NCBI GenBank assembly: GCA_963727775.1
Contig: CAVSHB010000002.1
Coordinates: 211,599 to 275,598 of the forward strand
Length of the DNA stretch: 64,000 nucleotides
Direction of reading: 5' to 3'
Source: an uncultured Nitrospiraceae bacterium
GTDB taxonomy: Bacteria; Nitrospirota; Thermodesulfovibrionia; Thermodesulfovibrionales; SM23-35
In this document: piece by piece, positions 36,254 to 44,842 of the stretch
Layout: the number at the start of each line of letters is the position of its first letter
Position numbering within the stretch: the first letter of the stretch is position 1
Translations under genes and position numbers: made by a program
The notes under the pieces: model-generated
Seen by the model: the letters and a program-made list of their open reading frames with translations, nothing else
Told to the model about the DNA's origin: nothing
The model's database searches: none

Positions 36254-36518
36254 AGTTTGTTAATGATAATATGACCGCTTTGCTGAATACAAGAAGGCAA
36301 CTCTTTTGTCGGCGATTAGGTCAAAGTGCAAACGCAGTCCGTGGGATCAGGTGTTTATTCTTTTCTGACAAAGCTTGTTGAGTGTGCCCCTGTAACAATT
36401 TCCGTTTCTAACCTGCAGCGTGGTCACGGTGCTCTGAAGGTTCGATTACTGTGAGCAAGTAGCACCGCCACACCTGAAAGCCCGCATCAGTGTAAGATAA
36501 GAATCCTTTTTCTACTAT

Positions 36519-36851
36519 TCAACGGTAATATTCGCTGATTAGCTGATTTTGATAAGAGCGGGCTTTTCTTTCTTTTCTCCTCTCCCGTGTAATAACCCCC
36601 ACAAGAATTCCCATTCTCCCTAAGAATAATATTACGAACGCCCAGCGCATAGTGGTATTTATATCGTATGGGTCTCGTTCAGCCTGGGTAAAATCTACGT
36701 TCATGTGTTTAAAGCCTCTGTCCATCTTTTCTTCGAGCCTCACCATCTCAGTTTCGATGTCGCTATCCTTGGGACGATCCGCGGCAAATAAAAGCGAAGG
36801 GTAAAAAACTAAGTAACTCAATAATAAAACAAATGTTGTTTTCGTAACCAT
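36519..36851 (-). CDS. Small hypothetical membrane protein (signal peptide + C-terminal TM)
   Basis: 110 aa. N-terminal FVLLLSYLVFYPSLLFA and C-terminal WAFVILFLGRMGILVGVI, followed by a basic tail. Confidence 0.45.
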   Translation of the reverse strand: MVTKTTFVLLLSYLVFYPSLLFAADRPKDSDIETEMVRLEEKMDRGFKHMNVDFTQAERDPYDINTTMRWAFVILFLGRMGILVGVITRERRKERKARSYQNQLISEYYR

Positions 36852-37103
36852 ATCCTATATACATAAATATTCCACTCCAGCCGAAACAAACAAATAAATT
36901 TCAATTTCGGCGAAAAAGTGGGTGTAAGTAACTTGACAAATGGTCTGCCCCAATTTATATACAGCAAGGACAAAAAAAGACATAAGAAGGAGACACCATG
37001 AAGGCTCAGTTAAGAGGTGCATTTATCCAGGGATACATGTTGGGTGAAGATAAAAAGCCTTGAGCCCGCGCATAGCCCCAAAAGAGAAAGGAGACTTTTA
37101 TAG

Positions 37104-37565
37104 ATGAAGAAAAAGACATATGTGATTGACACATGCGTTTTGATCGATGATCCGGATGCCTTTTCCAAGCTCGGCAAAAACCAGATTGTTATTCCCGGCG
37201 CGGTTATGAAGGAGCTTGATGGTCTGAAGAGAAGCTGGGATCCCGATAGGGCTAAGCCCGCCAGACAGGTTACAAGGATTCTCGACAGGCTGAGCAGACG
37301 TCAGGACATTAAATTGGGGGCCACAACGTCTGCAGGATCTATTGTAAGAATATACAACAGTCACGCGGTAATAGATGACCTTGCCAGCGGCGCCGACAAT
37401 AGGATTGTGGGTACGGCAATACAGCTAACAATGGATGGAGATTATGTGATTCTCCTGACCAACGATGGGAACATGAGGAATATTGCAAGATCTTATGGCG
37501 TAACGGCAGAAGGTTACCCTCTCAGTCCAGATACTCTGATTAATAAATCAAAGAGGGCAGCTTAA
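37104..37565 (+). CDS. PIN-domain ribonuclease-like protein (PhoH/YlaK N-terminal PIN type)
   Basis: 153 aa with RBS AAGGAGA. YVIDTCVLIDDPDAF...VIPGAVMKELDGLK...DNRIVGTAIQL...VILLTNDGNMRNIA. Confidence 0.75.
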   Translation: MKKKTYVIDTCVLIDDPDAFSKLGKNQIVIPGAVMKELDGLKRSWDPDRAKPARQVTRILDRLSRRQDIKLGATTSAGSIVRIYNSHAVIDDLASGADNRIVGTAIQLTMDGDYVILLTNDGNMRNIARSYGVTAEGYPLSPDTLINKSKRAA

Positions 37566-37704
37566 AAGAATACCATGATGGATCCTTTATGTGGCAGCGG
37601 AGGCCTTTAGTCTTATCCCTGGTTAGACTGATTGTCCGTAGCCCAAAGAAACCAGGATGGCTATCGATAAAAATAACTTATAGATCCCAAAAGGAAGGAG
37701 GGAA

Positions 37705-38697
37705 ATGAAACAGATGAAATCAGACCTTAAACCTTATGAGCAAGTTAAAACCTTCTTTGTCCTTGATTCCTCCGATATGAGGAAGACCAGAGACCAACGG
37801 TCTTTTCTTGCCCTAAACTTGTCCGACAAGAGCGGCCAAATCAAGGGATACATCTGGGATGACCCCGAAGAGAAGGCGGAAGATCTGCGGGGCGTGTCAT
37901 ACGTATATGTAGAAGGAAAGACGAAACCGCATAACGGTACACTGATATTGTCGATCGAAGAGATAAGGTCGGCCCGCGAAGAGGAAATTGTTACAGCAGA
38001 TTTTTTGGAGGTGGTTCCGGGAGGGGTGGATCTTTGGATGAACTCCTTACATGAGAAGATCGAGACGATCGAAGATATGAATTGCCGATTGATTCTGGAT
38101 TCGCTGTTTTCGGATCAAAAGTTTCTGGAAGACTTCAGAATCGCGCCGGCCGCTATGACCGTGCATCACAATTATGTGGGCGGGCTGGTTGAACATTCAG
38201 TTAACACCATGTCACATGCAGCATACATGTCTGATAAATATCCTGCGCTGCTGGACAGGGATCTGCTTCTGACAGGGTCTCTCCTGCATGACATCGGAAA
38301 AACAAGGGAGTTGACCTCCGGAATAACAAGGTCGTATACCACGGAAGGCAAACTCCTAGGACATATTTCGCTTGGGGTCATGATCCTCGATGAGAAGCTT
38401 CGTCTCATGAAAAGATTCCCGGAGGATCTCGGGCTGCTCCTGACGCATATGATCCTATCTCACCATGGAAGTCTCGAGTTTGGCAGCCCTGTCAAGCCGG
38501 CAACTCCAGAGGCTGTTGCGCTTCATCATATTGAAAACACGGACGCTAAAATGAACCACCTTTTCTGCCATCTGAAGGACTCCGACCCGGAAGGCGCATG
38601 GAGTTCCTATGACAAGTACCTCGCATCAGAAATCTATCAAAGAAAACCGAAGAAGGAAATTGCTGACCGGTTAAGGGAGGTGGGCGCGTATGAGTAG
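37705..38697 (+). CDS. OB-fold + HD-domain 3'-5' exoribonuclease (YhaM-like)
   Basis: 330 aa with RBS GGAAGGAGGG. N-terminal OB-like segment (FLALNLSDKSGQIKGYIWD) and HD motifs (HHNYVGGLVEHS, LLHDIGK, ILSHHG). Confidence 0.78.
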   Translation: MKQMKSDLKPYEQVKTFFVLDSSDMRKTRDQRSFLALNLSDKSGQIKGYIWDDPEEKAEDLRGVSYVYVEGKTKPHNGTLILSIEEIRSAREEEIVTADFLEVVPGGVDLWMNSLHEKIETIEDMNCRLILDSLFSDQKFLEDFRIAPAAMTVHHNYVGGLVEHSVNTMSHAAYMSDKYPALLDRDLLLTGSLLHDIGKTRELTSGITRSYTTEGKLLGHISLGVMILDEKLRLMKRFPEDLGLLLTHMILSHHGSLEFGSPVKPATPEAVALHHIENTDAKMNHLFCHLKDSDPEGAWSSYDKYLASEIYQRKPKKEIADRLREVGAYE

Positions 38698-38977
38698 TCG
38701 CGGCAGAGAGCAAAGGAAGGTAACAATGCAAAAGGTAAATGCGGAAGATACGCTGGAAAATAAACCGGAAGTGATTTGGCACCTGAATATAGATCAGATC
38801 GACGAGATCAGTGGTAATGTGAGTTTTACCATTGCTGTTCTGGATGCTATTAGTGTAATGGGTACCGCCTGTGGGAATCTTGAGATTAAAGGGCGAACAT
38901 TGCTGCGTCTCGCGTCTGAAGCAGAAAAAAGAATGGAGCGCGTCAAAGAAATCATGACTGCCAGTAAAATTTACTGA
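38690..38977 (+). CDS. Hypothetical protein
   Basis: 95 aa ORF overlapping the YhaM-like stop by 8 nt. No recognisable motif. Confidence 0.35.
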   Translation: MSSRGREQRKVTMQKVNAEDTLENKPEVIWHLNIDQIDEISGNVSFTIAVLDAISVMGTACGNLEIKGRTLLRLASEAEKRMERVKEIMTASKIY

Positions 38978-39125
38978 AAACACGGATGCTAAACGGAGGA
39001 ACTCTCAAAAGAATTATTTTCCGGGATAGGCTGACTATTCACAGGAGTGTTGGTAATAATTGGCATCTGCTTCCCTGGGATGCATGTCAGTTTATAAGTG
39101 AAAAAGGATTGATGGAGGAGAGAAC

Positions 39126-39740
39126 TTGAAAGTTGCTATTTACGGGAGAGTCAGCACTATAGACAAGGGGCAGGACCCTGAGATGCAGATGAAACCCCTT
39201 CGGGAGTATCGTTTGGCACGAGGATGGGAACTTGAGGGGGAGTATGTTGATTATATTACCGGCGTCAAGGATCGCAGGCCCAAGCTCGACTTGCTCATGG
39301 ACGCTGCAAGGAAAAGACAGATCGATGGCGTCCTTGTGTGGAAACTGGATCGCTTCGGGAGATCTCTGAAGCATCTTATTGCCACCGTTGATGAGCTTAA
39401 TAGCCTGGGAGTCGGGTTTGTGTCCTACCAGGAGAACATTGACCTTACGACTCCTGTGGGCAAGCTTATGTTTCATATTATTGGTGCGATGGCCGAGTTT
39501 GAACGCGAATTAATCAGGGAAAGAGTTCGTGCAGGCATTGCAAACGCAAGAACAAAAGGAAAGCAGATCGGCAGGAGGGTACTTTCTCCGATAAACCGGC
39601 GTAAAATCATCGAGGCCTATGAGCAGAATCCCGGTCTATCAATTCGGCAGATTGCAAAGGAGACAAAGCAAAAGCCCAGCACTGTTCACAAAACCCTATC
39701 ACTTTTGAGAGCAGGAAAGATAGACAGAGAAGGGTTTTAG
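39126..39740 (+). CDS. Serine recombinase (resolvase/invertase family)
   Basis: 204 aa with a TTG start after GGAGGAG. VAIYGRVSTIDKGQDPEMQ (catalytic Ser), VLVWKLDRFGRS, and a C-terminal HTH (LSIRQIAKETKQKPSTVHKTL). Confidence 0.9.
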   Translation: MKVAIYGRVSTIDKGQDPEMQMKPLREYRLARGWELEGEYVDYITGVKDRRPKLDLLMDAARKRQIDGVLVWKLDRFGRSLKHLIATVDELNSLGVGFVSYQENIDLTTPVGKLMFHIIGAMAEFERELIRERVRAGIANARTKGKQIGRRVLSPINRRKIIEAYEQNPGLSIRQIAKETKQKPSTVHKTLSLLRAGKIDREGF

Positions 39741-39825
39741 TGTGAGTGTTTCTTCTGTCCACAAAAGAAATGTTTTATAGACAAAGAATAAACACTGAGT
39801 TAACTTCATAGGATAAGGAGGACAC

Positions 39826-40152
39826 ATGAGAGAACGCTATCAAAATGAAGAATATGTCACTTGGCCTGAATTTATTGTCTTAGCGGTTTTCAATACCTTG
39901 GCCATGATTCCTAACAACCTCACCGGCATCATCATGTTTTCAATCATCGGCAGTATAGGCGGTTGGCTTTTAGGGCTATCACCCGTAGGAACGTGGATTG
40001 CAGGCGGACTTAAATTGATTCACGTGGAGGCGCAGGCAGTCGATATCTACAAGCTTGGTGCGCTGCTTGGCTTCACAAAAGGATTTTTGCTGAGAGAGCC
40101 TGGCACAAATGTGAAGCGGTATACGGTGGCAGGAACCAGAAAGCTGTGGTAA
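39826..40152 (+). CDS. Hypothetical small membrane protein
   Basis: 108 aa with RBS AAGGAGGA and two or three hydrophobic segments (FIVLAVFNTLAMI, IIMFSIIGSIGGWLLGL). Confidence 0.45.
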   Translation: MRERYQNEEYVTWPEFIVLAVFNTLAMIPNNLTGIIMFSIIGSIGGWLLGLSPVGTWIAGGLKLIHVEAQAVDIYKLGALLGFTKGFLLREPGTNVKRYTVAGTRKLW

Positions 40153-40452
40153 AAAGGTTATAGTGGATAATTTGTGAATCGGCATGCACCTGGTCGCCTT
40201 GAATTTTGAAGCCGTCGCTCAATATCCAGTGACTTCAAAACCCATCTGGTATGCCTCTTATGCCGTTCATTGGATCGAACGGCCATTTGTTAAATCTCTC
40301 AACCATTTTCTCATATGCCCCGGTCTTATTTCCGGAAATAAAGATTTTTTGGCGAGATAAACCATCCCACCCGCACTTTACAAAAAATACTATATTGACT
40401 GGTTTGTTTAAATTTAATATCATATAGCTAAAATAGCCATATTAGCTGAGAG

Positions 40453-40725
40453 GTGATTATAGTGAAAGAAGCAGCAGCAACAGAAGCGAAAAACAGATTT
40501 GGGCATCTGATAGAAATGGCGATGACTGAACCAGTAGCCATCGAAAAAAAAGGCAGACCTGTCGCAGTGCTTATGTCAGTTGCCGAATATCAAAGACTAA
40601 CTGAGCTTGAAGACCGCTATTGGGGTGAAAGAGCCGCGAAGTCCCTGAAAGGTGGGTTCTTGACCCAAAAAGAAACAACTAAGTGGTTAAAAGGAAAGCT
40701 TAGTGCTGAAACTGCAGATAAGTAG
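40453..40725 (+). CDS. Phd/YefM-family type II antitoxin
   Basis: EAKNRFGHLIEMAMTEPVAIEKKGRPVAVLMSVAEYQRLTELE is typical Phd/YefM. A near-palindrome TAGCTAA-n10-TTAGCTG lies just upstream. Confidence 0.82.
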   Translation: MIIVKEAAATEAKNRFGHLIEMAMTEPVAIEKKGRPVAVLMSVAEYQRLTELEDRYWGERAAKSLKGGFLTQKETTKWLKGKLSAETADK

Positions 40726-40966
40726 GGAGGCACACAAGTTTCTCGATAACCTGCCCGCGAAGCAATTTCGTCAGATCGTCCACAAAATCTTTGATCTTCT
40801 CGATGACCCTCGGCCCCATGATTCAAAGGAATTGCGAGGCTATCCTTTCCTGAGGAACGACGTTGGAGAATACCGGATAGTCTATGACATCCAAGTAGAT
40901 ACGTTAAGACTCATTCTTGTCGGTAAACGCAACGATGCCGAAGTATACAAGAAGTTAAAAGGATAA
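40703..40966 (+). CDS. RelE/ParE-family type II toxin
   Basis: 87 aa, overlapping the antitoxin by 23 nt. FLDNLPAKQFRQIVHKIFDLLDDPRPHDSKELRGYP...GEYRIVYDIQVDTLRLILVGKRNDAEVY. Confidence 0.82.
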   Translation: MLKLQISREAHKFLDNLPAKQFRQIVHKIFDLLDDPRPHDSKELRGYPFLRNDVGEYRIVYDIQVDTLRLILVGKRNDAEVYKKLKG

Positions 40967-41510
40967 AGCAGATAAGGAAGATTTAATCCTTTATTGAGAT
41001 TTGATGAGTACCGTTCCTACTCAACACTTTCGGAAAATGAGAGCGGATGTTCATTTCTCCCTCTAATTACGTCTCACACGTCATAGTTCCGTCTGAGTTG
41101 AAGAGTTCATCCCGAAATGATTGATCCGCCGCTGACGCATACATCTCGTATTAAACAGCCTTGAGATTTTCCGAAGGGGATACTTTCAAAGCGAAATAGA
41201 TGACTGTTTCTTGGATTGCCAGTATTTGTTTGTATTGAAAACAAGCGGGCTGCTGCATAAATCTATCGACAATATATTTTTCAATGCTACATCTGAAGGG
41301 TATCGAATATCGACTGCACTTGAAATTATTGAATCCGAGGGATTGAATTAATCGGAGAACTCCTTCATCAAGTGTGCAAATTAAAAAACTGTCATGGACA
41401 ACATATTTCTTTTGCAAATATATATTTTGAAGATAGGATACTTTTGATGATTTCTGATTGAACTGATCGTCGATTCCTGATTAGGCATATCTTCAATAAG
41501 GGTGGGGCTC

Positions 41511-44474
41511 TTATTCCTTCTTAAAAAACATTTCAATTTCCACTGCTGGCAGAGGTTTGCTCAAGTAGAAACCCTGTCCCATATCGCACCTTAAAAGGCG
41601 CAGAAAATTCCATTGCTCCTCTGTCTCTATCCCCTCTGCAATTGTTTTTAAATTCAGGGTATGTGCCATGTTGATAATAGCCATGACGATTGAGGCAGAA
41701 TCAGGATCTCGTACCACTTCCCTTATAAAGGATATATCAATCTTCAGGTTATCAACCGGAAACCTCTTCAGATATGCCAAAGATGAATACCCTGTCCCAA
41801 AATCATCAATAGATACTGAACACCCTATCTCTTTCATTGCCGTAAGCACCGATCTGGTAAATTCTATGTCCTGCATAAATGCGCTTTCTGTTATCTCCAG
41901 GGTAAGGTGTGATGGATAAAACCCAAATTCTCCCATTATCCTTTTTACCATTTCTGCCAAATTCTTTTGCCTAAACTGAACTAATGACATATTCACAGAG
42001 ACGGGAACTACCGGATATCCATTGTTCTGCCATTCCTTGACCTGTCTCAGGGCTTCCCTTAATATCCATTCCCCCACCTCTATAATCATTCCCGTGTCCT
42101 CAAGCACAGGAATAAACTTCCCCGGGGGCACTAATCCCTTGTCCTTGCTTTGCCATCTGATAAGGGCCTCCATGCCGACCATCTTTTTTGTATTGATATC
42201 CCAGTAAGGCTGATAGTGGAGGATAAATTCCTTTTTAGTAATAGCCTTGTGAAGACCTTTTTCCATCAAAATGAGTTCCGATGCTTTAATATTTAAGTCT
42301 TCAGTGAAAAACTGGTAGGGTTTCATCCTCTCTTTCTTAGCTGTCCCAAGCGCCAATCCTGCAGCCTTCAGCAGTTCAGAAGCGCTCTTTCCGTCATTAG
42401 GATATAGTGAGACGCCGGTGCTGAAGGTCAGTACCAACTCATCTCTATCGACCTTTAAAGGGTAAGATATATCCTTTATGATCTTCTCTAAAACCATAAC
42501 AATATCATCGGCATGGGCAACATCGAGAAGCGCTATCCCGAATTCATCGTTTGAAAGACGGGCGATGGTATCTCCTTTTCGGACAGAGGTTGAAAGTCTT
42601 CCTGCGATCTCCTTTAAAACTCTGTCCCCGATCTCAGATCCATAGGTATCGTTTATGGACTTAAACCTGTCGATATTAGTGATTAAAACTGCGACAATCC
42701 TTGAAGTATATTCAGCTCGTGCTATGGCCTGGTTGACCCTGTCAAAAAAGAGGTTTCTGTTTGGAAGGTCTGTCAAAGAATCATAATACGCAAGATACTG
42801 GAGTTTTTCTGCCATTTTCTTGCGTTCGGTAATGTCTCTGAAATTTACAACAGCTCCAATAATTTTGCCTTCATCCATAATAGGATTACTTGAGTATGCA
42901 ACAGAAAAGTTTGTGCCATCCTTTCTCCAGAAAACTTCGTCCCTTACGTTATGATTAACAGAGCCGTCTTTCAAAGTCGCATAGATAGGACACTTGTCTT
43001 CAGGATATGTGCTTCCATCGTCTATCGAATGATGCCAGATTGCGTGACTGTGTTTCCCTATCAACTCTTTAGATTCATATCCGAGCATGCCAGCAGCTGA
43101 TGGATTTATAAATGTGTGGTTTCCCTGAAAATCCAACCCAATGATTCCTTCTCCTGTAGAGTTCAGGATCAATTCGTTGTGATGACGGAGATTTTGCATC
43201 ATTTCCTCTGCTTGCTTTCGCTCGGTGATGTCCCTGCCAATACCACAAATTGCTACAGGTTTGCCTTCGAGGTTTTTGAGCAACGTACCGGAGAACTCAT
43301 ATGGAATGTTTCTCCCGTCCTTGGTCAAAACTCTTGCCTCAAGACCGGCATAACCATTCCTAACCGCCATCTCAATAGCCTCCAATACTCGCCGGACATC
43401 TTCCTTTAAAAAGAAATCTACTGGCTGCATAGAAGATATATCGGCATCACTGTATCCTAAAACTGTATTTAATTTTTTATTCCACCTCAGAAACTTACCG
43501 TTAAAATCAAAAATGAAGAAGACGTCGGATAGAGAATTCAATGCGTTTTCTGTAAAGGTTTTCTCACTTCGAAGGTCCTCTTCTGCCCGCTTTCGCTCAG
43601 TGATGTCGCGGAAGTACCAGACTCTGCCATAGTACCTCCCGTCAACCCCAAACATCGGAGCAGAGTAACGGTCAAAGATCCTACCGTCACGTAGAGAAAT
43701 CTCATCCCGGCTGGTCTCCTGCCGGTGTTCATATAGGTAACGGACTTTCTGCAAAAAATTGTCGGGATCAACAATATTATCCAACACCGACTGCAATGTA
43801 CGCTCGTCGGATCTCGTTTCCAGTATCTCAGAAGGAATGTTCCACAGCTCACGGAATCGCCGATTGAACGAAAGTATCCTGCCGCTTTCATCAACCACGA
43901 GGATTCCATCAATAGAAGCTTCCTGCTGTGTAGACAGGATAACGTTTCGAAATGTTAACTCCTCCTCAGCCCTTCGGATCGCATCACGTTCTTTTTCAAG
44001 TTCCCGCACCTTTTTGTCCAGTTTCCGGGCGTAGACTTCCATCTGCATCCTGTCAAGTTCCGTCATCTCCGCAGGAAGTTGGTCCGGCACGGGAAGATGC
44101 CCGGCCCGCTGCTCTTTAATTACTTTTCTGATGGCACGGAAAAATTTCTCCGGTTCCATCGGCTTTATAAGAAAAAGCGACGCCCCGATCGCGATCGCCA
44201 GCTTTTCATCTTTCTGATCAATATAGGTGGCAGTATAAAAAACAAAGGGGATGGTTCGAAACCGCTCATCTGTCTTTACCCTGCGGCACAGCTCAAAACC
44301 ATCCATTTTCGGCATCATGATGTCCGAAATAATCAGATCAGGAGGCGATAGAGAAGCTTTTTCCAGCGCCTGTAGACCATTGGCAGCGCTCTCAACGGTA
44401 TATCCCTGGCTCAGGAGTGCGCGCTCAAGAAAAACCCTTGAATTGGCATCGTCCTCTACGATCAATACCTTCAT
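41511..44474 (-). CDS. Response regulator receiver + PAS x3 + degenerate GGDEF + EAL protein (likely c-di-GMP phosphodiesterase)
   Basis: 987 aa. REC domain (LIVEDD...PDLIISDIMMPKMDG). Three PAS-like blocks, each ending in RDITERK. The GGDEF position reads SNDEF. EAL motifs appear intact (EALIRW, DDFGTGYSSL, AEGIETEEQ). Confidence 0.9.
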   Translation of the reverse strand: MKVLIVEDDANSRVFLERALLSQGYTVESAANGLQALEKASLSPPDLIISDIMMPKMDGFELCRRVKTDERFRTIPFVFYTATYIDQKDEKLAIAIGASLFLIKPMEPEKFFRAIRKVIKEQRAGHLPVPDQLPAEMTELDRMQMEVYARKLDKKVRELEKERDAIRRAEEELTFRNVILSTQQEASIDGILVVDESGRILSFNRRFRELWNIPSEILETRSDERTLQSVLDNIVDPDNFLQKVRYLYEHRQETSRDEISLRDGRIFDRYSAPMFGVDGRYYGRVWYFRDITERKRAEEDLRSEKTFTENALNSLSDVFFIFDFNGKFLRWNKKLNTVLGYSDADISSMQPVDFFLKEDVRRVLEAIEMAVRNGYAGLEARVLTKDGRNIPYEFSGTLLKNLEGKPVAICGIGRDITERKQAEEMMQNLRHHNELILNSTGEGIIGLDFQGNHTFINPSAAGMLGYESKELIGKHSHAIWHHSIDDGSTYPEDKCPIYATLKDGSVNHNVRDEVFWRKDGTNFSVAYSSNPIMDEGKIIGAVVNFRDITERKKMAEKLQYLAYYDSLTDLPNRNLFFDRVNQAIARAEYTSRIVAVLITNIDRFKSINDTYGSEIGDRVLKEIAGRLSTSVRKGDTIARLSNDEFGIALLDVAHADDIVMVLEKIIKDISYPLKVDRDELVLTFSTGVSLYPNDGKSASELLKAAGLALGTAKKERMKPYQFFTEDLNIKASELILMEKGLHKAITKKEFILHYQPYWDINTKKMVGMEALIRWQSKDKGLVPPGKFIPVLEDTGMIIEVGEWILREALRQVKEWQNNGYPVVPVSVNMSLVQFRQKNLAEMVKRIMGEFGFYPSHLTLEITESAFMQDIEFTRSVLTAMKEIGCSVSIDDFGTGYSSLAYLKRFPVDNLKIDISFIREVVRDPDSASIVMAIINMAHTLNLKTIAEGIETEEQWNFLRLLRCDMGQGFYLSKPLPAVEIEMFFKKE

Positions 44475-44842
44475 GCTGTTTCACCGGTCAGTTGCCTGAT
44501 CTGGGATATGACACGTTCCGGGTCGATGGGTTTCTCGATATAACCGTCACACCCTGCGGACAAAAGCTTTTCCCGGTCACCTGACATCGCATATGAGGTC
44601 ATGGCGATTACCGGAATGCTGTTGCCTATTTCTGAACTCCGGATTTTACGCAGCACCTCCGTGCCTTCAATATCCGGCAGTTGGATATCGAGGATGATGA
44701 AATCAGGCCTTTTTTGCAGGGCCATTTCGAATCCCTCCATACCGGTTACGGCCTGAAGTGTCCGGTAACCAAACTTCTCCAGAAATCTGGTAATCAATAC
44801 CATATTGTCAGGGTTATCTTCAATGATCAGAGCTGTTTTCAT
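44471..44842 (-). CDS. Single-domain CheY-like response regulator
   Basis: 123 aa. ALIIEDNPDN...PDFIILDIQLPDIEG...IPVIAMTSYAMSGD. Confidence 0.9.
   Translation of the reverse strand: MKTALIIEDNPDNMVLITRFLEKFGYRTLQAVTGMEGFEMALQKRPDFIILDIQLPDIEGTEVLRKIRSSEIGNSIPVIAMTSYAMSGDREKLLSAGCDGYIEKPIDPERVISQIRQLTGETA

Noticed and set aside
36380-36470. tRNA/tmRNA-like string GGTTCGATTACTGTGAGCAAGTAGCACCGCCA.
   Set aside because: The T-arm and acceptor pairings cannot be formed, so no cloverleaf or tmRNA-like 3' end can be drawn. I also considered it as a possible attR for the tRNA-Thr island, but it does not match the tRNA-Thr 3' sequence.
36998-37063. 21-codon ORF MKAQLRGAFIQGYMLGEDKKP with an AAGGAGA RBS upstream of the PIN gene.
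   Set aside because: It is too short to support without conservation or expression data.
40235-40423. 62-aa minus-strand ORF upstream of the Phd/RelE pair.
   Set aside because: It has no RBS and no recognisable motif, and it overlaps the probable promoter/operator of the TA operon.
41151-41417. 88-aa minus-strand ORF downstream of the RelE-like gene.
   Set aside because: It has no family recognition and lies in an AT-rich region. It could be a gene fragment, but the evidence is insufficient.
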